Shown piece after piece: positions 1 to 9,178 of a stretch of 64,000 bases of DNA; positions within the stretch are counted from its first letter, which is position 1; the number at the start of each line of letters is the position of its first letter. A program made the position numbers and the translations under genes. The DNA is taken from assembly GCA_965202785.1 (NCBI GenBank), contig OZ241855.1:1280001-1344000 (forward strand). Reading direction: 5' to 3'. The notes below the pieces were generated by a model. The model searched no databases, had not been told where the DNA came from, and saw only the letters and a list, made by a program, of their open reading frames with translations. This stretch comes from Thermodesulfobacteriota bacterium (GTDB lineage: Bacteria > Desulfobacterota_D > UBA1144 > Nemesobacterales > Nemesobacteraceae).

Positions 1-1206
1 TTTGCCGCTTGCTCCTTCCTGCTGCTCCCTTACGGCCCCGGCGTAGGCCTTCTCCATGCTGCTCTCGACCCCTTCCTTCGATCCCACGGGTATGTTCGGT
101 TCCATGCCTCCCTGCCAGAGCGCGAAGTTCCCGTTTACGTCCGGGGTGTTTACGGCCCTTCTAACGCGGTCCTCGTAGTTTCTCATGTATCCGTAGGTCA
201 TGGTGATCGACTCTATGTTCGGGTTAACGAAATCCTCATCCCACGCCATGGCGTCAGAGACGCTGTTTATGTAATCCCACCTGCCGGTGTTAAACCCGGC
301 GAAGTGCTTGCCGAGAACTGCTCTTATCTCCATGAGCTGGAACGTTTCCTCGAGCTGCTCTATAAGCACGTATACCTTTATCGTGCCTTCGGGAAGCCCG
401 ATGTGGCCCTCAAGGGCGGTCAGCATCTCGTTCCAGAGCGCGGCTTCCTCTGCGGTCTGGATCTTCGGCAGGTAAAGGACTATGGATGAATTTCTCTTGG
501 CAAGTTCCCTGTAGTTGTTAACGACAAAAAGCGTCATGTCGACCACGGAAGCCGAAAGCGCTACGCCATTAGCGCCGCGTATGTGACGGTCATCGAGGTG
601 AAGTCCCCTCGCCCGGAAAATAACGGTGGTGAAGTCAAGCTGCTTTTCCCAGTCCTCGATTATGTCGTGTCCGAAAAAGCTCTGCCCCCACCTGTTCATC
701 TCCCCGGCCACTCCTTCAGCCGTTTTCATGAACACTTCGTCCCTCGCGATTGCGAGCTTGAGATTGCGCTGGTTGTCAAGGGACATAGTCGAGATCTGCC
801 CCAAGGCGTCCTCGCCGTCGAACATCCACCCGTCCGCGCCCGAGAGAAGGGCGTAAGCGACGTTCCTTATGCTTTTTTCAACCGGGGAGTTCGGTTTTGC
901 AGCAGGTCCGGTTCCCTGTATCCACTGTCTTCTTAGGTCATGGGGAATCTCCGGCCCCTCGAATTTTCCGTCCCTTGCGTCCTGGACCTTCATGTTGGTG
1001 CGCGGTATGAGAGAATCGGGATCAAGAAAAGTTATTCTTTCCTTGGATTCGTAGCGCCTTTTTCTTCTCTGGGTCCTTTTTTCCATGAGGGCCTTCTGCT
1101 CGCCGTTGAAGCGGGCCATGAATTCAAGAGCCTCTAGCGCTTCCGGCGTGTACACGTCCCCGTAGGATTGCTCGATGTTGTCTCTTATGTGCAGTGTGAT
1201 GCCCAT
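1..1206 (-). CDS. aceB: Malate synthase (3' end runs off the window)
   Basis: Manual translation from ATG at 1206 gives PKIQTAEEAALWNEML...IKVYVLIEQ...GFNTGRWDYINSV...WQGGMEPNIP, which are malate synthase motifs. Absent from the ORF track, consistent with running off the edge. Confidence 0.85.
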   Translation of the reverse strand, partial: MGITLHIRDNIEQSYGDVYTPEALEALEFMARFNGEQKALMEKRTQRRKRRYESKERITFLDPDSLIPRTNMKVQDARDGKFEGPEIPHDLRRQWIQGTGPAAKPNSPVEKSIRNVAYALLSGADGWMFDGEDALGQISTMSLDNQRNLKLAIARDEVFMKTAEGVAGEMNRWGQSFFGHDIIEDWEKQLDFTTVIFRARGLHLDDRHIRGANGVALSASVVDMTLFVVNNYRELAKRNSSIVLYLPKIQTAEEAALWNEMLTALEGHIGLPEGTIKVYVLIEQLEETFQLMEIRAVLGKHFAGFNTGRWDYINSVSDAMAWDEDFVNPNIESITMTYGYMRNYEDRVRRAVNTPDVNGNFALWQGGMEPNIPVGSKEGVESSMEKAYAGAVREQQEGASGK

Positions 1207-1479
1207 TGGTTCTTTGCTCCTCGGATGCCTGTTATGATTGAATAAAAACAGCCTAGTATAAACAAGTTCTCGATTAAATCAAATATCCCGGCCGGAACCC
1301 CTTGGGCGTCGGGGAAAGCGACGGTTTTTTAGCTTTGAGCGGGATCGTGCAGGCGAGCTGAGAAGGGGCTTTTACGCTGCTGGTGCGCGAGGACTTCGTA
1401 GTGGAAGACGGGCGGGCAGGAGCACCGGTATTTCCCGGCTGACACAGCTAAAACCTTACGCGTCTCTTCCTTTGACCGC

Positions 1480-3240
1480 TCAATCGGATGAAGGAGCTGG
1501 TGCCTTCACGCGGATCTTGAGGATGTCCGTGTCGTAGTACTGCTGATGTTGTACCGACGAGGCAATGTGTTTCAACAGTCGCAGAGACACCTCTTGTTCA
1601 GTCGGGACTTCCGTCGCTCGCTCGCCTAGCAGCGCTATCTGGTCTTCGAGATTCTCTTCAGTGGCTGATGCAATGAATTCAAGCACGGCCTCGTCGCCTT
1701 CCTTGTGCGCAATAATGCGCAGTCGCCGCAAGGGCTCGTCCTCATCTGATGTCGTCTTCTGCTCAAGCAGTGTGAGCAGGGTTTCTTCGCTAGCTGCATC
1801 AAGGCGGTCAGCCATTGCCTCCCCCCAACCGCTGTGGGAAGCAAACGATCGCAGAAACTCCCGGATTTTCGGCAATATCGTAATGTGGAACGGAAGCTCT
1901 ATGCGTCTTCGCCGAGGTTCAGTGAGTTCGATAAAAAGCGTCAGGAGCAGAGCGGCGAGACCACCTGCCGTCATGCCGTTCTGCAATAAGCCACCGGCAA
2001 ATTCCGCAAAATACTCAGGGAAGATCACGCCGTTCTGAAAGCCGACACCTACCCAGAATGAAACTCCTGCAATCATGCCTTTGCGGTAGTCAATTCCGTC
2101 CTGGACGACAACCTTCATTCCAACCACAAACAGCATGGCTACCAGGATGGCCAGATACCCGGCGGCCACCGGACTCGGAATTGCAAGAATTGCGCCGAGC
2201 GCCTTGGGGAAGCACGCCAGAATGAGAAAGACTATGCCCGCAGCAATCCCGACTGTCCGGGTTCCCACTCCGGTAAGTTCCGTTACTGATACGCTGGTCG
2301 AGTACGTCGTATTTGGAATCGTGCCGGCGCACCCGGATAGCAGGTTGCCCACCCCATCGGCAGCCACGGCTCCCTGAACGGAACGAAAGTCTACGGCTCG
2401 TGGCCGTCGCCACGAAATGCGCTGAATTGCTACGGAGTCACCAACTGTTTCGATTGCACCAATCAGGGTGACAAAGATAAACCCGGGAAGAAGCGCCCAG
2501 AATGTCGGTCCAAAACTCAGATCCAAGCCGGGCCAGCCTCCTTTCGGAAATCCGATCCAGGCGGCCTCGGAAATGCGTGCCGTGTCGTAAATTCCGAAAA
2601 AGCCGCCGACAATGGACCCTAAAATGACGCCTGCTACGGGTGCCCAAAGTCGAAATACACCGGTGCCCTTGAGGGCGATGGCAGTGATGACAAGTACGGT
2701 CACGAGCGCACTGATGGGGGCGGCTTGGGGATGTGCGGCGTCCTGAACGTTGTCCAGGAGATCGAAAATTATCGGCATCACGGTAACAGAAATCAGCATG
2801 ATTACCGTGCCCGCGACTGTGGGGGTGAGTATCCGGCGAAACAGGGAAAGACGTCTCGCCAGGGCAAATTGAAACAAGGACGAGATAATTACGAGCGTCG
2901 CCAACATGGCGGGTCCGCCTTGCGCGATCGCAGTGATACAGATTGCGATGAATGCGCCGGAGGTGCCCATCAGGAGGACATACCCTGCGCCGATTCGACC
3001 AACTTTGACGGCCTGCAATATCGTGCTGATCCCGCTGATCACGACTGATGCGAATACCGCCCACATCATGTAAGTCTCAGATCCGCCGGCTGCCTTGATC
3101 ACGATTAACGGCGTGAGGACGATTCCCGATATGGTGAGAATGGCAAGTTGCAAGCCCAGCCCGGCTACCAGTAGCGTTGGAGGTCTGTCGTTGGGTTCGT
3201 AGCGGACGTCTGATCGCAAAGTGGAAGTATCGGTAGACAT
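1480..3240 (-). CDS. NCS2 (xanthine/uracil) family permease with a C-terminal degenerate RsbW/HATPase-like domain
   Basis: Many TM helices, ETVGD and NTTYS motifs of NCS2 permeases, plus a ~140-aa soluble tail. Confidence 0.8.
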   Translation of the reverse strand: MSTDTSTLRSDVRYEPNDRPPTLLVAGLGLQLAILTISGIVLTPLIVIKAAGGSETYMMWAVFASVVISGISTILQAVKVGRIGAGYVLLMGTSGAFIAICITAIAQGGPAMLATLVIISSLFQFALARRLSLFRRILTPTVAGTVIMLISVTVMPIIFDLLDNVQDAAHPQAAPISALVTVLVITAIALKGTGVFRLWAPVAGVILGSIVGGFFGIYDTARISEAAWIGFPKGGWPGLDLSFGPTFWALLPGFIFVTLIGAIETVGDSVAIQRISWRRPRAVDFRSVQGAVAADGVGNLLSGCAGTIPNTTYSTSVSVTELTGVGTRTVGIAAGIVFLILACFPKALGAILAIPSPVAAGYLAILVAMLFVVGMKVVVQDGIDYRKGMIAGVSFWVGVGFQNGVIFPEYFAEFAGGLLQNGMTAGGLAALLLTLFIELTEPRRRRIELPFHITILPKIREFLRSFASHSGWGEAMADRLDAASEETLLTLLEQKTTSDEDEPLRRLRIIAHKEGDEAVLEFIASATEENLEDQIALLGERATEVPTEQEVSLRLLKHIASSVQHQQYYDTDILKIRVKAPAPSSD

Positions 3241-3443
3241 GCCGATACTATACTAAAACGGTCAGATTTTTCCACGGAGCAACAAATGCAGGCTGGAAGC
3301 ATGACAACAGGGTGCCAATCCAGCACTGACGAAGGCAGATGTAGAACTTCTGGCGACTCTCTCTCGGCAATTTGTCTGTTAACCAGGTTGCCGGTATATT
3401 AGCAAATTCGGTTTTTACCTAATAGACGACAGAAGATTTCGAA

Positions 3444-3522
3444 GGTGGGTGTAGCTCAGTCCGGTTAGAGCACTTGGTTGTGGCCCAAGAGGTCGCCGGT
3501 TCAAATCCGGTCATCCACCCCA
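3444..3522 (+). tRNA. tRNA-His(GTG)
   Basis: Cloverleaf with G-1, acceptor GTGGGTG/CATCCAC, anticodon arm CTTGG-TTGTGGC-CCAAG, T arm GCCGG-TTCAAAT-CCGGT, C73 and encoded CCA. Confidence 0.96.
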
Positions 3523-3554
3523 TTTCCTTACAGGCAGCGGAAAACTAAAGACAG

Positions 3555-4655
3555 ATGGGACTTCGATGCGGAATAGTAGGGCTTCCCAATGTCGGGAAGT
3601 CAACTCTCTTTAACGCGCTTACAAACGCGGGTGCGGCGGCCTCCAACTTTCCTTTCTGCACAATAGATCCCAATGTGGGAGTGGTAGGGGTCCCGGACCC
3701 GAGGCTCTATGCCCTCTCCAATATCGTAAAACCCCAGAAAACTGTTCCCACCAGCCTGGAGATAGTAGACATCGCGGGCCTTGTGAAGGGGGCTTCTGAG
3801 GGAAAGGGCAAGGGAAACGCCTTTTTGTCACACATAAGGGAGGTTGACCTGATACTCCATGTCGTTAGATGTTTTGAGGATGAGAACGTGATCCACGTCG
3901 AGGAGGGAATCGATGCCATCCGCGACATCCGCACTATCGAGGACGAACTTATCCTCAAGGATCTCGAGACGGTGGAGAAAAGGGAGGAGAAACTCGCAAA
4001 TCAGGCCAAAAGCAGGGATAAGGACGTAATAAGGGAGCTTGAGACCGTGAAGTCGCTTCGGGAGTTTATAGAAAGCGGGCGGCGCGCGAGGGATTTCCCG
4101 CGCCCGGAAGGAAGCACGGACACTGTAAGGGAGCTTTTTCTCCTTAGCGAAAAACCCGTTATCTACGTCTGCAACGTCTCAGAAGAGGAGGTCTCGGAAG
4201 CGGGGGAGAACGCCGAGGTCAGGAAGGTACGGGAGCACGCGGAGGGCTCGGGAGACGATGTCATCGTCGTTTCGGCCAGGATAGAGGCCGAGATAGCCGA
4301 GCTTGAGGGTGAGGAGAAGGCTGTTTTTCTCGAGGAACTCGGGCTTCGCGCTTCCGGTCTTGACAGGCTCGTTAACTGCGCGTACTCGAATCTCGGGCTT
4401 CTTACCTATTTCACCACGGGACCGAAGGAGGTAAGGGCCTGGACGGTGAGGCGCGGAACCAGGGCGCCCCAGGCGGCCGGGATGATCCATACCGATTTCG
4501 AAAGGGGTTTCATAAGGGCCGAGACCATATCCTACGAGGATTACGTGGGGGAAGGTTCCGAGCAGATGGTGAGGGAAGCCGGGAAGATGAGGCTTGAGGG
4601 AAAGGACTACGAGGTCTGCGACGGGGACGTCATGTTTTTCAGGTTCAACGTCTGA
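3555..4655 (+). CDS. ychF: Redox-regulated ATPase YchF
   Basis: GIVGLPNVGKSTLFNALT, NFPFCTIDPN, DIAGLVKGAS, HTDFERGFIRAE. Confidence 0.97.
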   Translation: MGLRCGIVGLPNVGKSTLFNALTNAGAAASNFPFCTIDPNVGVVGVPDPRLYALSNIVKPQKTVPTSLEIVDIAGLVKGASEGKGKGNAFLSHIREVDLILHVVRCFEDENVIHVEEGIDAIRDIRTIEDELILKDLETVEKREEKLANQAKSRDKDVIRELETVKSLREFIESGRRARDFPRPEGSTDTVRELFLLSEKPVIYVCNVSEEEVSEAGENAEVRKVREHAEGSGDDVIVVSARIEAEIAELEGEEKAVFLEELGLRASGLDRLVNCAYSNLGLLTYFTTGPKEVRAWTVRRGTRAPQAAGMIHTDFERGFIRAETISYEDYVGEGSEQMVREAGKMRLEGKDYEVCDGDVMFFRFNV

Positions 4656-4714
4656 TCCGCCCGCGCCCGGTTTTGCCTGCTCCCGCCTTGTTCGGATAGA
4701 ATTCTCAAAAGGGC

Positions 4715-5821
4715 ATGATCTATAAAACTTTCCTAAGGCCGGTCCTTGACCGTCTTGATTCAGAAACGTGGCACCATAACGTAAAGGAGCTCATGCACGT
4801 CTGCGAGCTCTCGGGTCTTACCCTGAGACTGCTTGAATTAGCCGCAAGCGGCGGAAGCAGGTTTGGGAACAGAAGACTAGCCGTCACGGTAGCCGGGATA
4901 CCTTTTGAGAACCCGCTTATCGTGGGTGCCGGATGGGACAAGACCGGCAGAGCGCTTCGGGCGCTTTACTCTATTGGTTTTGCGGGGGTCGAGGTGGGTT
5001 CGGTCGTGGAGAGGTCCCAGAGAGGAAATCCCAGGCCCAGGCAGTTCATGGTAACCCCCGATGTGTGCCTTAATTCCCTTGGCCTTAACAGCCCGGGGAT
5101 GGATGCTGTTCTTGAAAACCTCAGGTGGTACGGGCACTTGGACATGCCGGTAGGTATAAACCTGGGCATAAACTCTGATGTAAGCCATGATGATGCCCCG
5201 CGGGCCTACGCCGCCGTCGCGCGGAAATTCCGCTCCGACGCTTCCTACTTCGCCATAAACGTGAGTTCCCCCAACACCCCGGGGCTGAGGAAGCTTCAGG
5301 ACGGAGGGCGCCTTAAGGAGATAATACGTGCGGTAACGGAGTCACTCGTTGATTCCTCGGGCGTTGGGCGGCCCCTGTTCGTAAAAATCTCCCCCGATCT
5401 TTCCATAGAAGCGATAGACGATCTTCTTGGGGTAGTGATTGATTCCGGGATTTCGGGCGTAATCGCCACCAACACGAGCGACAACCGGGCTCTCAAGAGA
5501 AAGTATGGTGCGAAGTGGGAAGGTCTTCCCGGGGGGATAAGCGGAAACGATTCTGAGTACAGGTCGCTTTCGACGTCAATTATTTCCCACATTTACCGCA
5601 CCGTCGGCGGGAAGCTTGAGATAATCGGGGTCGGGGGCGTGAGCGACGCGGCTTCTGCGCTTGAGAAGCTTCGCGCTGGCGCGAAGGCCCTCCAGGTGGT
5701 CACGGGTCTTCGCGGAGAGGGCCTGTCGGTTGCGAACTCCATAAACAGGGGGCTTCTCCGGTTCATGGATGAAAACGGAATCAAAAATCTGAGTGAAATT
5801 ACCGGTTCAGACCATGGATGA
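4715..5821 (+). CDS. pyrD: Quinone-dependent dihydroorotate dehydrogenase
   Basis: GAGWDK, QRGNPRPR, NVSSPNTPGLR, VKISPDL, IIGVGGV. Confidence 0.93.
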   Translation: MIYKTFLRPVLDRLDSETWHHNVKELMHVCELSGLTLRLLELAASGGSRFGNRRLAVTVAGIPFENPLIVGAGWDKTGRALRALYSIGFAGVEVGSVVERSQRGNPRPRQFMVTPDVCLNSLGLNSPGMDAVLENLRWYGHLDMPVGINLGINSDVSHDDAPRAYAAVARKFRSDASYFAINVSSPNTPGLRKLQDGGRLKEIIRAVTESLVDSSGVGRPLFVKISPDLSIEAIDDLLGVVIDSGISGVIATNTSDNRALKRKYGAKWEGLPGGISGNDSEYRSLSTSIISHIYRTVGGKLEIIGVGGVSDAASALEKLRAGAKALQVVTGLRGEGLSVANSINRGLLRFMDENGIKNLSEITGSDHG

Positions 5822-5981
5822 ACTGAACAAGCGCACGAAGAAATGATGCTGAGGGGTATGTGGGCAAAAACTATATCTGTTGTGGCGACGGTCGTGACGC
5901 GTTCAAAGTCACTCGATTTATCTTGGCTGACGGTACGATTTCCAGGTTTGATGGTTACATAATTCCCTAAAAATTGCATTG

Positions 5982-5990
5982 TGTTATAAT
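5982..5990 (+). promoter_or_regulatory. Extended -10 promoter (TGnTATAAT), probably giving a leaderless hicB transcript
   Basis: TGTTATAAT ends 6 nt before ATG 5997; no Shine-Dalgarno in between. Confidence 0.55.
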
Positions 5991-5996
5991 TCCAGC

Positions 5997-6224
5997 ATGA
6001 AAGATTTTGTGGTGTTAATAAGAAAAGAAGGGAATACCTATGTGTCTCTTTGTCCAGTAACTCTGGTTTCGAGTTATGGAGAAACGGAAGAGGAAGTCAT
6101 TGAGCACCACAAAGAGGCAATGGAGTTGTTTCTTGAAGATATGTCAGAGGCGGAGATTCAGGAAATAGCTGCCTTTATGTCTCCTATGAATATCAGTTCA
6201 GTGCAAATTTCTTTAGCAGGGTAG
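5997..6224 (+). CDS. hicB: HicB-family antitoxin (short form)
   Basis: FVVLIRKEGNTYVSLCP...SYGETEEEVIEHHKEAMELFLE is a HicB RNase H-like fold pattern; AT-rich insert. Confidence 0.8.
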   Translation: MKDFVVLIRKEGNTYVSLCPVTLVSSYGETEEEVIEHHKEAMELFLEDMSEAEIQEIAAFMSPMNISSVQISLAG

Positions 6225-6228
6225 GATT

Positions 6229-6453
6229 TTGAGCCGCCTTGTCCCCCTGCCTTTCAACAAAGTAAGAGAAGTTTTGTTGAACTCGGGATTTGTGCTCAAG
6301 AGTTCGAAAGGCAGTCACTTCAAGTACGAAAACAAGCGGACTGGAAAAATTGTAATTGTCCCGCGTCATGGCAACAAAGATATTCCAGTTGGTACACTCC
6401 ATGCCATTATAAGTCGCTCGGGCCTCTCAAGGGAACTGTTTGTTGCAAGCTAA
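6229..6453 (+). CDS. hicA: HicA-family mRNA interferase toxin
   Basis: GF..KSSKGSHFKY...VIVPRHGNKDIPVGTLHAII. Confidence 0.9.
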   Translation: MSRLVPLPFNKVREVLLNSGFVLKSSKGSHFKYENKRTGKIVIVPRHGNKDIPVGTLHAIISRSGLSRELFVAS

Positions 6454-6613
6454 GTCCACTTATGGGCAATTAAATACCGTATATAATCCGGTACCGTCTT
6501 AAAGGTTTTCTTGATTTTTATTCTGCAAACAACATGCCTGCTGTTATATTAGATATACCGAATGCCAAGACTGAAATCTGCTTGGGGAGATTAGTCTTAG
6601 GTGCACTTGTGAA

Positions 6614-7792
6614 ATGAAAAACACACCGGGATTTCTATTAAGCGGCGTATCCGCCGGGCTTAAGAAAGACAAAAAGAGGGATCTGGCGCTTATATTCTCA
6701 ACGGTTCCGGCCCGCGCGTCCGCCATATTCACGAAAAACTTAATAAAAGGCGCCCCCGTGCTTGTTGGGCAGGAGAGAATCGCAGGTGGGTTCTGTCAGG
6801 CGCTGATAATAAACAGCGTAAATGCCAACGCTTTTACGGGCCAAAGGGGCTATGAAGACTCACTTGAAGTTGCGAACACGCTCTCCGGGCGGCTCGGTAT
6901 AGATGAATCGCTCGTGATCCCTTCGTCAACCGGGGTTACAGGGGAATGGCTGCGCGTCGGGAAAATCAAAAAGTCCATTCCCAAGCTCATAAAAGGTCTT
7001 GGAGAAGACAATGTCCGCGAGGCGGCCGAAGCCATCATGACGACCGACTCCTTTCCCAAGTACGCATCAAGGCAGCTTGCCGTGGGAGAAAAGACCGCCA
7101 CCGTCTCGGCTATCGGCAAGGGGGCGGGGATGATATGCCCTGACATGGCGACCATGCTCTGTTTTATAATGACCGACCTTAATATTGAGCGGAAAGCTCT
7201 TTCAAAAGCTCTTTTGGCAGCGGCAGGCGGCTCTTTTAACGCCATAACGGTTGACGGGGACACTTCCCCCAACGACTCCGTTTTTATCCTCGCGAACGGG
7301 GTTCTGGGAAACAGGCAGATCACGGAGAAAAGCGGGGATTACGGCAGGTTCGTGGACGTGCTTTCGTCTTTATGCGGGGAGATCGCCGAAATGATAGTAA
7401 GCGACGGCGAAGGGGCTACGAAGGTTGTCAGGATCAATGTTACCGAAGCCAGAACCGAGAGAGACGCCGAGAAGATCGCGAGGACTATAGCCACTTCCCA
7501 GCTTGTTAAGACCGCGTTTTACGGAGAGGACGCGAACTGGGGAAGGATAGTGGCGGCCGCCGGAAGGGCCGGCGTGAAGTTCGATCCGGAAAGAATAAAG
7601 CTTCATTTTGGCGGAGTGGAGGTGTTTTCAAAAGGGATAAGGTCCAAACCGGAATCAAGGTTTGCCTCCGTGTTCAAAAAACCGTCCTTTACCGTGACAC
7701 TTAGCCTCGGGGAGGGGGAAGCGGCCTACTCGATTCTCACAAGCGACCTAAGCCACGAGTACGTCTCGATCAATTCCGATTACAGGACCTGA
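6614..7792 (+). CDS. argJ: Bifunctional glutamate N-acetyltransferase/amino-acid acetyltransferase
   Basis: IMTTDSFPK, KGAGMICPDMATML, DGDTSPND, DGEGATK, DANWGRI. Confidence 0.96.
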   Translation: MKNTPGFLLSGVSAGLKKDKKRDLALIFSTVPARASAIFTKNLIKGAPVLVGQERIAGGFCQALIINSVNANAFTGQRGYEDSLEVANTLSGRLGIDESLVIPSSTGVTGEWLRVGKIKKSIPKLIKGLGEDNVREAAEAIMTTDSFPKYASRQLAVGEKTATVSAIGKGAGMICPDMATMLCFIMTDLNIERKALSKALLAAAGGSFNAITVDGDTSPNDSVFILANGVLGNRQITEKSGDYGRFVDVLSSLCGEIAEMIVSDGEGATKVVRINVTEARTERDAEKIARTIATSQLVKTAFYGEDANWGRIVAAAGRAGVKFDPERIKLHFGGVEVFSKGIRSKPESRFASVFKKPSFTVTLSLGEGEAAYSILTSDLSHEYVSINSDYRT

Positions 7793-7829
7793 CCCGGGGG
7801 GCCTCCGGCGGAGACTCTGCCCTTCATGC

Positions 7830-8516
7830 TTAGGCTTCGTCCGCAAACCCGTTTTTTTCTAGACGCCTTCCGGTACGGTATTCGGCGTATCTCGTGAGAA
7901 CCCTTATGTTGTTTTTTACCTTCTCTGGGTTTGTGTCCATGATTTCAGGGCGTCTCATTATGTCCATGTGGAAGGGGTAGACGTTTCTTTTCCCGCGTGT
8001 TTTCTCAAGATTGCCGAGTCTCCCGTTCTCAACGTCAAACCCCGAGATGTCTTTTTCCTTGTCAAAACGCAGATCGGGCCTGTAGCCGCAAATGGTAAGC
8101 GCGCGTAGGAGGAAAACGAGAAAAACGGAGTACGGTTCCCGTTTTTTTGAAAGAAGCCCCAGTGTGTCCGCGGCGAGGTCGAACAGCTTGTCTGCGGGTT
8201 CCTGCTCGGGGACGAGGAAATCAAGGAGCTCGAGAACTCGGGTTGCCGCGACGAAAGAGTCAATCGATTCCGCTATCTCCCTGTAGCTTTCCTTAAGTGT
8301 AACGTCCCCGATGAGATTGAATCTTCCCTTGTTCAGGGTTACTTCGATTGCCAGGCGGTTAAAGAAATCGAGACGTCCTCCAAAGCGCTTTTGGCTTCTT
8401 TTCGCGTTTTTGGCAAGCGCCCTGAATTTTCCGAGTTCCCTTGAGAAAAGGGTTACCAGGAGATCGGCTTCCCCGTAACTTGATTTTTTTAAAATCAGTG
8501 CTTCAATCGTGTACAT
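7830..8516 (-). CDS. recO: DNA repair protein RecO
   Basis: ALILKKSSYGEADLLVTLFSRELGK...AKNAKRSQKRFGG. Confidence 0.9.
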   Translation of the reverse strand: MYTIEALILKKSSYGEADLLVTLFSRELGKFRALAKNAKRSQKRFGGRLDFFNRLAIEVTLNKGRFNLIGDVTLKESYREIAESIDSFVAATRVLELLDFLVPEQEPADKLFDLAADTLGLLSKKREPYSVFLVFLLRALTICGYRPDLRFDKEKDISGFDVENGRLGNLEKTRGKRNVYPFHMDIMRRPEIMDTNPEKVKNNIRVLTRYAEYRTGRRLEKNGFADEA

Positions 8517-8550
8517 CGTCTTTCAAAATGCAACTATGGGGAAGCCAAAA

Positions 8551-8700
8551 TTAGCGCTTAGTCCAGAATCCATTTTCATTTTTCTTCTCCACAAGCCTGT
8601 CCAAACCATAGTAAACCTGATCCGGCGTTTTTATATCAAGTTCCTGATGAGTCTTCTTCTCATTGTCCCTTGCAATCCATCGCAATCCGGTGTATTTCTT
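8551..8700 (-). mobile_element. Remnant of an IS3-family-like transposase C-terminus
   Basis: WIARDNEKKTHQELDIKTPDQVYYG resembles the integrase-core tail YN.ERPHQSL...TP.EVY; short and degenerate. Confidence 0.45.
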
Positions 8701-8709
8701 CTTTGCGGT

Positions 8710-9178
8710 GAGGTAACATATGATCCATCGCAAGGGAGAAAGACCCTTGACCAAGCGACCGAGGACAATCACCGCCGCGTCAGGATTGATGCTTATAACG
8801 TGGGTTTGTGCTTTGAATATCCAAATCAGTGGTCAAATATTGACGACGAGATCAAGCACTGGCTGTTTGTCCTCCCCATTGATGAACGTACAACCCGGGC
8901 CTTTTTTTGTCCTGTTTGAGATTATCAAGCTTCTCTTGATACCTGTTCGCATTCCCTGCTTTGCGATGATCCCGGTCTTTAAGACCGCGAACCGCATGCT
9001 CATCGGCCCTTTGCTGGGACAGGATTGCGTTGCGGTTGAGGAAAAGCAACAGGGTTGCGAGAAACAATGGGATGCCCCACTGGTCGAACTGAACCCCGTG
9101 GTTCGGGAGTTCCCAAAAGTTATCATGCGGAAGTGGCGGGACCACTTGTCGCAAACCGAAGGAGGTGCCCATGGTTGA
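8710..9178 (+). pseudogene. C-terminal fragment of a Rieske-type oxygenase, 5'-truncated and frameshifted
   Basis: Frame 1 ...FEYPNQWSNIDDEIKHWLFVLPIDERTTRAFF continues in another frame as ...GPLLGQDCVAVEEKQQG...ELNPVVREF; no Rieske Cys/His motif remains; stop overlaps the next gene's start. Confidence 0.55.

Noticed and set aside
287-1137. Short plus-strand ORFs in the track
   Set aside because: They are antisense shadows of malate synthase. The same applies to long antisense ORFs such as 19003-19752, 25660-26499 and 59797-60606.
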